A DNA stretch of 64,000 nucleotides from Eledone cirrhosa (GCA_964016885.1 CAXHJY010000860.1:1-64000); one strand, 5' to 3'; counted from the first letter of the stretch, positions 13,418 to 28,372 are shown. Notes: generated by a model from the sequence alone, not told the origin. A program made the numbers and translations.

Positions 13418-13445
13418 GTGTCTGTGTGTGTGTGTGTGTGTGTGC

Positions 13446-13494
<49 letters not shown>

Positions 13495-13530
13495 TATATA
13501 TATATATGTGTGTGTGTGTATATATATATA

Positions 13531-13629
<99 letters not shown>

Positions 13630-13775
13630 GTGTGTGTATATATATATATATATATATACACCAGCACGTCTGTTTCCCCTTCATCTAGCTGCTTCACAGC
13701 CGATTGCCCGCTCTTCCTATCTGCCACCATGTTGGCACTTTAGCTTTCAAAACCAAAAAATGTTGAAGACTGCAC

Positions 13776-13798
13776 CACACACACACACATACACACAG

Positions 13799-13833
<35 letters not shown>

Positions 13834-13938
13834 GACACACACACACACTCACAGACACACACACACACACACACACATACACAGACACACACACTCACAG
13901 ACACACACACACACACAGACACACACACGCACTCACAG

Positions 13939-13970
<32 letters not shown>

Positions 13971-14060
13971 AGACACACACACTCACAGACACACACACAC
14001 ACACACAGACACACACACACACTCACAGACACACACACACACACACACACATACACACAG

Positions 14061-14095
<35 letters not shown>

Positions 14096-14146
14096 GACAC
14101 ACACACACACTCACAGACACACACACACACACACACACATACACAG

Positions 14147-14177
<31 letters not shown>

Positions 14178-14197
14178 GACACACACATACACTCACA

Positions 14198-14236
<39 letters not shown>

Positions 14237-15202
14237 ACACTCACAGAGACACACACACACATACACAGACACACACACTCACAGAGACACACACACGCAT
14301 ACATACACACACATACACATACACACACACATACATACACACACACATACACACACACATACACGCACACACACACACACACAGACATACACACACACAC
14401 ACACACACACAGACACATACACACACACACACACACACTCACAGAGACACACACACGCATACATACACACACATACACATACACACACACATACATACAC
14501 ACACACATACACACACACATACACACACACATACACACACACATACACACACACACACACACACAGACACACACACACACACACACAGACACATACACAC
14601 ACACACACACACTCACAGAGACACACACACGCATACATACACACACATACACAGACACACACACACATACATACACACACACAGACACGCAGATACACAC
14701 ACACACACACACACACACAGACACATACACACACACACACACACTCACAGAGACACACACACGCATACATACACACACATACACATACACACACACATAC
14801 ATACACACACACATACACACACACATACACACACACATACACACACACATACACACACACACACACACACACAGACACACACACACACACACACAGACAC
14901 ATACACACACACACACACACTCACAGAGACACACACACGCATACATACACACACATACACAGACACACACACACATACATACACACACACAGACACACAT
15001 ACATACACACACACAGACACACACACACAGACACACACACACACTAACAGACACACACACACACACACATACACACACACACACACACTCACAGAGACAC
15101 ACACACGCATACATACACACACATACACAGACACACACACACATACATACACACACATACACACACACATACCCACACACAGACACACACACACACACAC
15201 AG

Positions 15203-15234
<32 letters not shown>

Positions 15235-15342
15235 ACACACACAGACACACACACACACACTCACAGAGACACACACACGCATACAAATACACACACAGGC
15301 ACACACACACACACACAGACACTCACACACATACTCACACAC
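13776..15342. repeat. (CA)n-derived compound microsatellite
   Basis: Directly visible. Confidence 0.95.
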
Positions 15343-15350
15343 ATGTCTCT

Positions 15351-15384
<34 letters not shown>

Positions 15385-15428
15385 TACATATGTCTATATG
15401 ACTATATGAATCTGTTTATATAAGTATG

Positions 15429-15505
<77 letters not shown>

Positions 15506-15585
15506 TCGCATATATATATATATACTCGTATATATATATATATATATATACTCGTGTATATATATATATATATATATATATACTC

Positions 15586-15627
<42 letters not shown>

Positions 15628-15697
15628 TCGTATATATATATATATATATACGAGTATATATATATATATAAATACGAGTATATATATATATATACGA

Positions 15698-15754
<57 letters not shown>

Positions 15755-15992
15755 TAGATATAGATATATACAGACACACACACTCATATATATATATAAA
15801 CAAATACAAAGACACCTATAAACACATACATATATTCATACAGATTTATATCATACCCCCACACACACGCCCACACATCACACACACACACACGCCCTCA
15901 CATCACACACACACACATATATATATATTTATTTATAAATAATAATAAATGGGAATACAGAATCAGTAATGCATCAGTTACCTACTTAATTA

Positions 15993-16082
15993 CATATTAC
16001 ATATGTTTCACTGTCGATCAGCTCGAGGATCGCTCGAATAATATTCGACCCTGACTCTGGTCTCTGAAGGTCCTCAGATATG
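15993..16082 (-). ncRNA. Type I hammerhead ribozyme
   Basis: CAUAU CUGAGGA, irregular long stem II, GAAAC AUAU GUA AUAUG. Stem III is the palindrome ACAUAUGU. Confidence 0.65.
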
Positions 16083-16123
16083 AGTTCTCACATGTAGACG
16101 CACGTCCAAAATCTCTCTCTCTC

Positions 16124-16160
<37 letters not shown>

Positions 16161-16646
16161 CGGTAGAACACTGGAAGGTAGAACACTGGAAGGTAATAGC
16201 CTTTTGTATGTTAAATATATATATATATATATATATATATACTGGCCGAAACGTACGTAGGTGATATTTTAAATAAACATGTTTTAACGGTCTATTCTCC
16301 GATTTCTTACTTTCCCACGTGCTTATGCTCTGCTAACTCTCTAGCCCACTAAATATTAACACTTCGAATATTTAATACTGCCGGCATATGTATCGAGCAC
16401 CTTTGGCATACGCTACTTGGCAAATAACTATATGTATCACCTATCCCTCCTTTTTCTCTCTTTCTCGATACGTAAATACTATATATATATATGTAGGAGG
16501 TGAGTTTTATTGTAGTACAATAAAGCAATGCAGATATCGGATAAGAAGCACTCTACAGTTTGTAGGACTGGAGTATACATAATATATATGTTGATTTAAA
16601 ACTGAACTATCCACAAGTGTTTTTTAACCTTCATATCATGTCTTCC

Positions 16647-16717
16647 TGTTTTATCTGATGAAAACACAAATATTATTGCATAATGATATTTGTTTTTGAA
16701 ATGCGCATAATAAAATA
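16647..16717 (+). ncRNA. Type I hammerhead ribozyme
   Basis: UGUUUUAU CUGAUGA AAACACAAAUAUUAUU-GCAU-AAUGAUAUUUGUUUUU GAAA UGCGC AUA AUAAAAUA. Confidence 0.88.
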
Positions 16718-16745
16718 CATGGAACTCTTTTAACCATCTTTTGTT

Positions 16746-16801
<56 letters not shown>

Positions 16802-16896
16802 TGCTATCAAAAAACCACTCCCTCAACTATTCTTCTAACAACTTCACCCCTCCCTCCTAATATTCTCTATAAAAACCAAACAGGTCCCCAGTAATA

Positions 16897-17017
16897 TTAT
16901 TCTGATGAAATGACAGTAAATAATAACATTGAAATATTGAATGTCTGCATAACTAATACTTTGTAAATAGCAGCTGTTTTCAGGTTATGTAACTGTTATA
17001 GAAACACGTGTCAATAA
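16897..17017 (+). ncRNA. Type I hammerhead ribozyme with a large loop II
   Basis: UUAUU CUGAUGA AAUGACAGU...ACUGUUAUA GAAAC ACGU GUC AAUAA(A). Confidence 0.75.
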
Positions 17018-17051
17018 ATTCCTTTCAACTAAACTGTATCCATTCAAATCT

Positions 17052-17101
<50 letters not shown>

Positions 17102-17234
17102 TGCAAGAGTAACCAATCTTAAAGAGAGAGATGGAGATAGGAGAGGAGATAGGAGAGGAGAGATTGGTGAATTAGTTAGAAGCCAAAGCGTAAAGTAGCG
17201 AAACAATTGTAAACGGACATTATTATTATTAATA

Positions 17235-17452
17235 GGGTAGTGGATTGGCAGTATAAGTAGAGGGTCGGACGCCATGCTTTTTCAGTATAGTTACGTCCCT
17301 TTAGGATCTGAGTTCAAATCCCGCCGAGGTTAACTTTGCCTTTCATCCTTACGGGGTCGATAAAATAAAGTACCAGTAATGTACTGGGTAATTGCTGGCC
17401 TTGTGCCAAAAGTAGAAACAATTATTATTATTATTAATATTATTATTATTAT
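17235..17452 (+). mobile_element. tRNA-derived SINE S1, full length with (ATT)n tail
   Basis: B-box and conserved body. attattattattaata lies on both sides (probable target-site duplication). Confidence 0.88.
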
Positions 17453-17542
17453 TCTCTACATTCCTTACATCAAACTAAAATATGTTGACAACCTTTTAAT
17501 AATGTCTTCCTTGTGAAATTTGTGGTCTTGTTTGGCTTAACT

Positions 17543-17632
<90 letters not shown>

Positions 17633-17781
17633 CGTGTGTGTGTGTGTGTATGTGTGTAGAAGGGGAGTAATATTGTAGAACAATAAAACTATGCATATAT
17701 CAGATAAGTAGCACTCAACAGTTGGTAGAACTGGAGTATATATTAAAGAAGAAATTAAAAGATGGTTAAAGAAGTTCCATA

Positions 17782-17851
17782 TATTTTATTATGCGCATTT
17801 CGAAAACAACTTCATCCTGGGACAAAAATTGTGTTCTCATCAGATAAAATA
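17782..17851 (-). ncRNA. Type I hammerhead ribozyme (left arm)
   Basis: UAUUUUAU CUGAUGA GAACACAA..UUGUUUUC GAAA UGCGC AUA AUAAAAUA. Confidence 0.85.
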
Positions 17852-17961
17852 AGGTAACATGATATGAGGCCTAAAAACACTTGTCAACAGGAAAGTGCAG
17901 AAAATGTAGACTTTGCACTTTCCTGTTGACAAGTGTTTTTAGGCCTCATATCATGTTACCT

Positions 17962-18031
17962 TATTTTATCTGATGAGAACACAATTTTTGTCCCAGGATG
18001 ATGATGTTTTCGAAATGCGCATAATAAAATA
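17962..18031 (+). ncRNA. Type I hammerhead ribozyme (right arm)
   Basis: UAUUUUAU CUGAUGA GAACACA..UGUUUUC GAAA UGCGC AUA AUAAAAUA. Stem I is 8 bp. Confidence 0.85.
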
Positions 18032-18085
18032 TATGGAACCTTTTTAACCATCTTTTAATTTCTTCTTTATATATATATATATACA

Positions 18086-18191
<106 letters not shown>

Positions 18192-18265
18192 CTCTGTGTG
18201 TGTGTGTGTGTGTGTGTCTGTGTGTGTGTCTGTGTGTGTGTGTCTGTGTGTGTGTCTGCGGTGCA

Positions 18266-18314
18266 GCTTCCTGATGATTTCTCCTGAATGAAACAGTTCT
18301 AGTCCCGTAGAAGC
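18266..18314 (+). ncRNA. Type I hammerhead ribozyme
   Basis: GCUUC CUGAUGA UUUC-UCCU-GAAU GAAAC AGUUCUAGUCCC GUA GAAGC. Confidence 0.72.
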
Positions 18315-18768
18315 CATTTCAATATTAAATATTTATAATTGCTATGTATTGAGTACCTTACTTACTGTGATTACCCCCGATTGAACCCGGGATATATATA
18401 TATATATATATGATGGCTGCAAACTCTGCTAAGAGTATTGTAATCGCTTGTCAGATTATAGAGTTTGGTGCACTTTTAGGCTACGGCCAGCCACACAAAC
18501 ATGTAACAGATCCTGAGATCCTGTGCGTTACACATGTGCTTTTACAAAACACTGTGTCATCCACAACATTGGCGCCGAACAAAATACCTGTTGATAACGT
18601 GATATTCCTCGTTCGATCATTATACCAAAAAGCTTATTGTTTTAAGCAGACAGTATTATTGATTTAGGTGTCGTAGAAATCCTGTACTGGATTTCACCAT
18701 CAATTCCAAGGGTCCCGGTTTGTTATAGATATATATATGTATATGTATATAGGAAATAATATGTATAT

Positions 18769-18963
18769 AGGAAAAAAGTATGACCCCGACGGCAGCGCTC
18801 AAGCCGTTTCGACGGCTATTTCTGAGTCCAGAAATAGCCGTCGAAACGGCTTGAGCTCTGCAGTCGGGGGTCATACTTTTTCCTATTACCTACTCTACTA
18901 CTCTAAGTATTGAGTAGTCTGGTGCGTTATGGTCCATCTGGTTCCGTACCACAATTCCTTCGT

Positions 18964-18965
<2 letters not shown>
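18769..18965 (+). mobile_element. Family A element, near-perfect fold-back centred on ctg-agtc-cag
   Basis: gacggctatttctg AGTC cagaaatagccgtc, with arms extending ~55 bp each side. Confidence 0.82.
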
Positions 18966-19374
<409 letters not shown>

Positions 19375-19521
19375 AATTAAAATACTAGAGTATGTTGGAG
19401 TTAAACACCCTCTTCGTATTATAGAAATGACAGTAAAGGTATAGCTCAATGTAATTAAACAGCGCTGAAGAATTATGAAAATAAACCAAAGAAGCCTTCA
19501 ATACATCAAAAGTCTTTATTA

Positions 19522-19559
19522 GCCAACAATGTTTCGTCCTATTAAGGACTCATCAGGGC
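19522..19559 (-). ncRNA. Canonical minimal hammerhead ribozyme
   Basis: GCC CUGAUGA GUCC-UUAAUA-GGAC GAAAC AUU GUU GGC, then U AAUAAA. Confidence 0.88.
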
Positions 19560-21308
19560 AATTAAAGCTATAAGAAGCACTATCGGCCAATACAAGCCCA
19601 AAACTCAGAAGAATATGGAGTGTACATACAATAAAGCATAGGAAAATTATCGGGTAAAAATTATCAAGTAAAAATTGCTAAGGAAGTGAATAACATTTTG
19701 AACCATATTAAAAATATAGTCCAATGCAAAAACTAAAGATAAACAAAGGTGGTCATATAGAGCGGGAATTATTGTACTATATATAATACAATATAATATA
19801 ATATAATATAAAATAATATAATTGATAATGACAATAATAATAATAATAATTTTAAAGGGCCCAATATACATATATATATATATACATATGTACACATATA
19901 TACATATATATCAATACAAGCACAAACTAACCCTTATTAAGAGTTTAAATATAAATAAGAATAATAAGAATAATAAGAATAAAAATAAAAATAGAAATGG
20001 AAATAAAAATATAATACATATATTATTTACAGTATAAAATGAAGAAGAAATGATTAAAAGTAAACATATATTATAATAAACTATATAATTATATAATAGA
20101 TAATCTCCGGTTAATTTGCACAAACAATATAAATGTTACAATAACACTATAATAACAATATTATAATATAATGGCATATAACTTAACAAATCATATAGAG
20201 TTACAGACCGGGTGAGAAAAAATATTGTACAGAACTAAATTATGTTGGAAAAATTATGTTGGAAAAATATCAAAACCATTGCAAGAAAACAGATGGAGGT
20301 CACATTTCTCTACAATTGGTGTAAATAAATATATATATTATCCAAACATTACAAAAATTATAAAAATATAAACATTTTACAGAATTTACAAAATTTAACA
20401 TAACATAATGGTACATTTAATAATCGGTAAATAATAAAGATCAGTAGTACGTTTACAAAGAGTGGAATGATATAAAAATTTCAATAAAAATATTGAACAT
20501 AGTATAATATACATAATTACGTGGTTGGTGGACAGACATTTGTGAATAAGTGAATAAGAACCAGACAAAAAACTACGCACGGTAGTATAAATATATAAAT
20601 AAAATCAACCGGAAATCGAAAAACAAAAACGAAAGTATTTACTTAGGTGTCACATGCAGTTAAATAAAAAATTTAGGAAACAAACCCGGATAAATGACTA
20701 GAAAACCCTATTAAATTAATTAATATTGAAAGTATTTAAAATACATAAGTCAATACAAAATTAGCTATGGCTTAAGTAATCAAAAACTCCAAAGTTTAAG
20801 ATATCGCTATAAAAATATGTGGAAAAGAATGAAATATTTTACTATCAGTTGAATAACGTTATCTAATAAACGGACTTTAAGTAGAATTATGGTAGGCCAA
20901 TGGGGACAGAAAAAAGAAATGTATGAGGGATACGAGGGAGCATAAAATCATAATCAATATACTGTATTATACAATAGAAAGGAGCATAAAAGGGAATTGA
21001 ATATAATTATAGTATATTTGAAGGGGCGAATGACAAGTGTGTGTTTGTGTGTGTGTGTGGGTGGGGGTGGGGTTAATTATCCAAAGAAGAATCCAAATAA
21101 AATAAAATAAAATAATATAAAATAAAATATATAATCAGATATAAACTCATAAGGTGTTAATAGTGAAAATATAATATAGATATGGTATGGTAGCCAAAGG
21201 ACTATGAAAACTAGAATGAAAAGCTGTTAAAAACCAATAATAATAATAATGATAATGATGGTGGTAAACAAAATGAACCTAAAACTAAAAAATAAGGGAA
21301 TATAGCAG

Positions 21309-21434
21309 CTAATGGATACAATTTACACTACTAGAACCTTTAGGTTTATAATAAAAGTAAGAATTTGAAATGGCGTGGGGGCAAGAAGAGAATATCTCAG
21401 ACTTTCTATTAAGTAAGGTTTCCCTATTTTCATA
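21309..21434 (-). pseudogene. C-terminal remnant of a Penelope-like GIY-YIG endonuclease ORF
   Basis: Manual translation YENRETLLNRKSEIFSSCPHAISNSYFYYKPKGSSSVNCIH*. LLNRKSE..CPH resembles the LLNKRSE..CRH terminus of PLE proteins. Confidence 0.65.
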
Positions 21435-21938
21435 ATATATATATATATATATATAAAGAATTAGTATATCTACCAACATATATATAGAGATGCATACCTA
21501 TGCTAGCAAATATATAGGTTTTGTCTTACTAACTTTGTGGTTCAATGCAAGGGGATGCAGAACAATTATATGAAAGACCTCTTTCATATATATATATATA
21601 TAGTTTTAATAACTTTTATACTCTGCAATGTATTGAGTACCTTACTTACTGTGGTTACCTCCGATTCAACCCGGAATAACGTATATATATATATATATAT
21701 ATAGAAAAAAAGATGAAATCGAAAATGCAACTACTGTGAGAAAACCCACAGACCCTCCATCTCAACTCTACTTTTGAAAAGGAGAAGAACTGCGAAACCG
21801 GTAAAGGAACCAAATAAATATATATATTTAAAAAAAAAATAAGACTCCAGTTGCATTTTCTATTTCATCTTTTTTTCTTTATACTTTCACTCGTGTAGGA
21901 CACCTCGGTTATTTTTCATTTTGTAAAAGAACCCTCAC

Positions 21939-22016
<78 letters not shown>

Positions 22017-22226
22017 TCAGCGAGAATCGCATTTCGGCAGGTAGAAAAAGCGAAACGTAACGCAGATTCCCAGTCATGCTGACAAGCGCTCCATGGGCTA
22101 AAAAGACCAGAGCAATAAACATGGGTTATAAAGGCCATACAAACTGAGAAGGCGGGCAAGAAGCCATAAACCACCTAAGCCAAAAAACAAGTCAAGCTAA
22201 ACAGGTCACACAAAATAAATGACATA

Positions 22227-22262
<36 letters not shown>

Positions 22263-22362
22263 ACGAAGGAATTGTGGTATGGAACCAGATGGACCATAAC
22301 GCACCAGACTACTCAATACTTAGAGTAGTAAGTCAATTGCATGAAATCATAATCCTTTATTT

Positions 22363-22418
22363 ACTGCTATATATATTTCGATGATAGCCATTGAATGGCT
22401 ATGACCTCATCAGGCAGT
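22363..22418 (-). ncRNA. Type I hammerhead ribozyme, homolog of 318-372
   Basis: ACUGC CUGAUGA GGUCAUAGCCA-UUCAA-UGGCUAUCAUC GAAA UAUAU AUA GCAGU A AAUAAA. Compensatory C-G to U-A change in stem II relative to the 318 copy. Confidence 0.9.
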
Positions 22419-22476
22419 TAGTTAGTTCTTAGATATGCCAGCTCTGTGTTTATAGTGTTGATGGCATCAGAGCCTT

Positions 22477-22527
<51 letters not shown>

Positions 22528-22535
<8 letters not shown>

Positions 22536-22680
22536 TAAAATAACAGATTAAAGTTTAAGCAAAGAATCGGTGCTTTCACCCTTAACGGGATCTTCTGAAA
22601 CTAATAGTTTCAGAAGATCCCGTTAAGGGTGAAAGCACCGATTCTTTGCTTAAACTTTAATCTGTTATTTTAATAAATAT
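22528..22680. mobile_element. Perfect palindrome (76-bp arms, centre 22604) with two HHR-like motifs (core CAGAAGA)
   Basis: AGUUU CAGAAGA UCCC-GUUAA-GGGU GAAAGCA..UGCUU AAACU at 22606-22656 (+) and 22552-22602 (-). Confidence 0.75.
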
Positions 22681-22763
22681 TTGCTCTACGGTTCTTATAT
22701 ATTTGATATATATTTATCCTTATCGAGCCCTCTTTGTATTTTAGTCTTCAAATTTATTATTAT

Positions 22764-22879
<116 letters not shown>

Positions 22880-23132
22880 AAATGAAAATAGAGAAATTAA
22901 TGTGAGCAAGAAGCCAACAGTATTCCATAATATATAAGTGACTATAACATCAAAATGGAAAAATAGTTAACGTAAGATGTGGGAAACTAATTCAAATTCA
23001 ATTAAAAAAAAAATCAAGACAGAGATTTTATCCACAGATTTTGTGAAATCCAGGGAAAATACCAGTAGAGTCTTAACTGAGAATAAAATAAAGTTTAAAT
23101 ACTCATCGTTCAATTTGGAAAAAACTACAAAT

Positions 23133-23213
23133 GCCCTATATAGACTTAAAAAGACTATTTCACGAAACTTTTCAGTGTGATTAGTCACGGTTGGAATCGT
23201 TCATCAGTAGAGC
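23133..23213 (-). ncRNA. Type I hammerhead ribozyme
   Basis: GCUCUA CUGAUGA ACGA...UCGU GAAAUAG..CUAUA UAGGGC. Confidence 0.8.
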
Positions 23214-23373
23214 TCAACGCTATAACCAAAAGTCTCACTGCCAAAATATGCCAAAAAGGGAATTTAAAACCAGGCTAGTTCACCTCGTGCGGAATTATGA
23301 AAATAAACACACATGGAGAGACATAGCTGATGACGTCAGAATGAGACGAATGTCTATTTACAAGAAACAGCAG

Positions 23374-23414
<41 letters not shown>

Positions 23415-23419
23415 GCCAA

Positions 23420-23474
<55 letters not shown>

Positions 23475-23498
23475 AGATTGGCTGTATATATATGTATA

Positions 23499-24108
23499 TG
23501 TCAGGTCACCAGTTGGTGCTACTGCTAACATGTATCGCAGTACAACCTGTCACATGGTCGGGTTGTTGGCGACTAAACTGGCAACCCCACCAAGGTTTCT
23601 TGGTGAGGAGGGTGACTTTGAACATCCTGCAGGACTAAAAACAAAACCTGTCAAGGGGAAAAGGAGCTCTTAAGAGTCAATGGCCATCCAAAATCACAGG
23701 GAGAGATGACCCCTTAACCTTTGACAAGGCAGAATTCTAGGAGAAAGAAAACTCTGATATAACACCTGAAACCCAGATGGTATCCAATGATGTTGACTTG
23801 TTCTTCTTTTTGGTAAATATCATCTTGGTTAAGAGAGTGGGACTGGCTTTGTGCAGTGCCTTTGCTCACTATAAAAGCTTCACGGCACAGGCATTGCTTT
23901 ATATCTGGAGATCTCTCTGCACTTGTCGTCACATGGTACCATGGGCCCAGCACTATGTGTCAATAATTGTCACAAGTGTAGTGTTTGTACCAGAGCTTTC
24001 AAGTCGGTGGCTGGACTAAAAAGCCACACTCGTTCAGCGCATCGGTAGGGGTTCTCCTACATGGATATAAAGTAGTGGCCGTACTTGAAAACGAGCTGGC
24101 AGCCATCA
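23499..24108 (+). mobile_element. RTE 5'-UTR-like ~610-bp repeat, inverted copy
   Basis: Reverse complement of 8300-8910. Confidence 0.8.
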
Positions 24109-24253
24109 TTTATATCTGTATATACAACCAATCTCATTCTCATTCAACACTGACATTGGTCATATTTTAAACATCAGTTGCTTTCTAAAAACCGTGTGTA
24201 TATATAGCGTATATATATACATACACATATACGTTGAAACATGTATACATATG

Positions 24254-24458
<205 letters not shown>

Positions 24459-24549
24459 TAATATATATATATATACACAAATATATACATATATATTTAT
24501 ATATTAATATATAGATATATACATATATATATAAATATATATTTATATA

Positions 24550-24617
<68 letters not shown>

Positions 24618-24674
24618 TATACATATATATATATATACATATATATACATATATACATATATATATTTCCACTG

Positions 24675-24706
<32 letters not shown>

Positions 24707-24889
24707 CATATATATATGCATAGTTACACGCACATCCACACATATATATGTATATATATTCATATATATATACATATACAAGTACAGACACACACACACA
24801 ACATATATATATATATATGTAAGTATATATACACATACATAGACACACACACATACATAAATATACTCATGGACATATTTATTGAATAC

Positions 24890-25700
24890 TGTTGGTGGTG
24901 GTGGTGGTGGTGGTGTTAGTGGTGGCGGTGGTGGTGGTGGTGATGTTAGTGGTAGTGGTGGTTGTGGTGGTGGTGGTGAGGGTGTTAAAGATAGTGGTAG
25001 TGGTGGTAGTGGTAGTGGTGGTGGTGGTGTTGGTGGTGGTGTTAGTGGTAGTAGTGGTGGTGGTGGTTGTGGTGGTGTTAGTGGTAGTGGTGGTGGTGGT
25101 GGTGGTGATATTAGTGGTAGTAGTGGTGGTGGTGGTGGTGTTAGTGGTAGTGGTGGTTGTGGTGGTGGTGGTGATGGTGAGGGTTTTAAAGGTAGAGGTG
25201 GTGGTGGTAGTGGTTCTGGTGGTGGTGGTGGTGTTATTTGTAGTGATGGTGGTGGTGGTGTTGGTGGTGGTGGTGGTGGTGGTGGTGGTGATGGTGGTAG
25301 TGGTATTAGTGGTGTTAGTGGTGTTAGAGGTAGTGGTGGTGGTGGTGATGTTAGTGGTAGTAGTGGTGGTGGTGGTGGTGGTGTTAGTGGTAGTGGTGGT
25401 TGTGGTGGTGGTGGTGGTGGTGAGGGTTTTAAAGGTAGAGGTGGTGGTGGTAGTGGTTCTGGTGGTGGTGGTGGTGGTGGTGGTGGTGTTATTTGTAGTG
25501 ATGGTGGTGGTGGTGATGGCGGTAGTGGTGTTAGTGGTGTTAGTGGTGTTAGAGGTAGTGGTGGTGGTGGTGATGTTAGTGGTAGTAGTGGTGGTGGTGG
25601 TAGTGGTATTAGTGGTGGTGGTGGTGGTGGCAGTGGTATTAGTGGTGGTGGTGGTGTTGGTGGTGGTGTTAGAGGTAGTGGTTGTGGTGGTGGTGGTGAT
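24890..25700. repeat. (GGT)n degenerate trinucleotide repeat with internal duplication
   Basis: Directly visible. Confidence 0.95.
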
Positions 25701-25972
25701 TTAGCTTGTTAACCACAAGGTCAGATTCTCCGAGTTAAATATATTTCTATAGGTCAATGTGTGTGTGTATGTATGTGTGCATGTATGTGTGTATATATAT
25801 ATATATATGTGTAATTGATCTGTTGCTTCAGTATATATACACATGCATATAATTGTGTACATATACATGTGTCTATGTATGAGCGTGTGTAGGCATCTGT
25901 GTGAATATGTGTCAGTGTATGGGTGTTTGTATATGTAATATAACTATATATATATGTATATATGTATGCATG

Positions 25973-26076
<104 letters not shown>

Positions 26077-26253
26077 ATACGAATATATATGCATACGTGT
26101 GCATATACATATATATATAGATATTTATATACATATATAAATACATATATATATATTATATATATATATGCATATATATAAATGTGTGTGTGTATATATA
26201 CATATAGATAATTTTACATGTATCTCTATACATGTAAAATTATTTGTAGATTT

Positions 26254-26296
<43 letters not shown>

Positions 26297-26369
26297 AACA
26301 TATGTATATATATATATATAGTTACGTATATGTGTACATACATATATGAACATCCATAAACGCACACAC

Positions 26370-26439
<70 letters not shown>

Positions 26440-26704
26440 GTGTGTGTGTGATTGATTTATGTTTGTTTGCGGTTTACGTATCTCTGCTCTCTTGATTTAT
26501 GTGTTTACTCCCGGGGTTGGGGCTGCGTAAGGGTCGGGCGGGGTATGAGACAAGGGAGAGTTAGCTCCCCTCCCTCACCCCCACCCCCTAGCCCACCTTT
26601 ACCTCCCCCGTGACTTACGTCCATTTTGAGAAATAGACGATGATGACACGAGAAATTCCCCCTACACACGGCGGCAGAAATATATATATCCCCCCCCAAA
26701 CTGG

Positions 26705-26757
<53 letters not shown>

Positions 26758-26821
26758 CAGATGTCTGTGTGTTTATATATATATGTATATATGTATATAT
26801 ATATATATATCTGTGTATTTA

Positions 26822-26852
<31 letters not shown>

Positions 26853-26859
26853 GTATGTA

Positions 26860-26909
<50 letters not shown>

Positions 26910-26943
26910 TACATATGTATATGTATATGTGAATATATTCATA

Positions 26944-27015
<72 letters not shown>

Positions 27016-27137
27016 TATATGCATATACATATACATATATATAGTCATATATATTCTTTATGTATATGTATATATATATATATATATATATACATATTTT
27101 TATAAATGCATATATACATATATGTATGTACATATAT

Positions 27138-27168
<31 letters not shown>

Positions 27169-27212
27169 GATATATATATAGATATATACACATATTTATA
27201 TATATATATATT

Positions 27213-27286
<74 letters not shown>

Positions 27287-27426
27287 TATATACACGAGCA
27301 CGCATATACAATAACACCTAATTAGTTTCACCGTTTTTTGAAAATAATTATATATATAAATGTTACAACGTATCTGACCTCAGTACTTCATCGAGTAAGA
27401 GGAAAAGGGGGCTTGAAAAGGGAAAC

Positions 27427-27475
<49 letters not shown>

Positions 27476-27738
27476 ATATAGAGAAACACACAGATACATG
27501 CGGACACACACATATACATGAATACATCCACATCTATCCTTGAGTTAATGGTACCAACCTAAACCGATGTTCTACGGCCTCGATATAAATACCCCCTCCG
27601 CCTCCGTGGTATTTTTTCAGGGTTATAAGAGACTTAGCTCTGTTTCTTGACCGCTGTATCACGTGATTGACTCCCCCTCCACCTTTCGGGATTCTATCTC
27701 GCATCTTAAAGACGTGTTTTGAAACCCTTTATGAGGTA

Positions 27739-27828
27739 TCCTCTTGATAAGTCGGCAGACCTCACAAAAATTCTATATCTCTGTGATGTATTGTTTTTGA
27801 TTATGCCACGAAACTACGTAGTCGAGGA
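27739..27828 (+). ncRNA. Degenerate hammerhead ribozyme (core UUGAUAA)
   Basis: UCCUC UUGAUAA GUCGGCA...UGCCAC GAAACUACGUAGUC GAGGA. Stems I and III are intact; there are two core changes. Confidence 0.55.
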
Positions 27829-27898
27829 ATTTAGAAGCAGTTTGGGTATGATACATCTTATTACTAATTATATCTAATGTTTCTTCTCTCTTCATAAT

Positions 27899-27933
<35 letters not shown>

Positions 27934-28170
27934 GGTATACAAGGATGCAGTTCACTCTAGTACTCAATGACATATTCTAAGTGCCAGGGGTGACGGAGTA
28001 TATGAATAAAAATGAAAATGCGAAGTTGACGGTGTTAGAGTCCATTATTTCAGCCGTTATATATATTTCAATGAAGATATGTGTGTACAGGTATTTGTCT
28101 ACATGTGTGTATATATATATATATATATATATCTATACACACATAAATTTATCTTTACATATATAGACAT

Positions 28171-28231
<61 letters not shown>

Positions 28232-28372
28232 TATATATATAAAGATAAATTTATGTGTATATATATATGTATATATATATATATACATATATATATGTCC
28301 ATATATATAAAGATGAATTTATTTTTATAAAAATACATATAAATAATCACACCTCGACGTACACAAACTCAT

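Larger units (their letters stand above)
17745..18068. mobile_element. Fold-back element with two divergent HHR copies
   Basis: Arms 17745-17899 / 17914-18068 with a 14-bp spacer. Confidence 0.88.

Noticed and set aside
24882-25712. Glycine-rich 276-aa protein
   Set aside because: Lies within degenerate (GGT)n like the other tracts; the alternative frame is also open and there is no real start or splice evidence.
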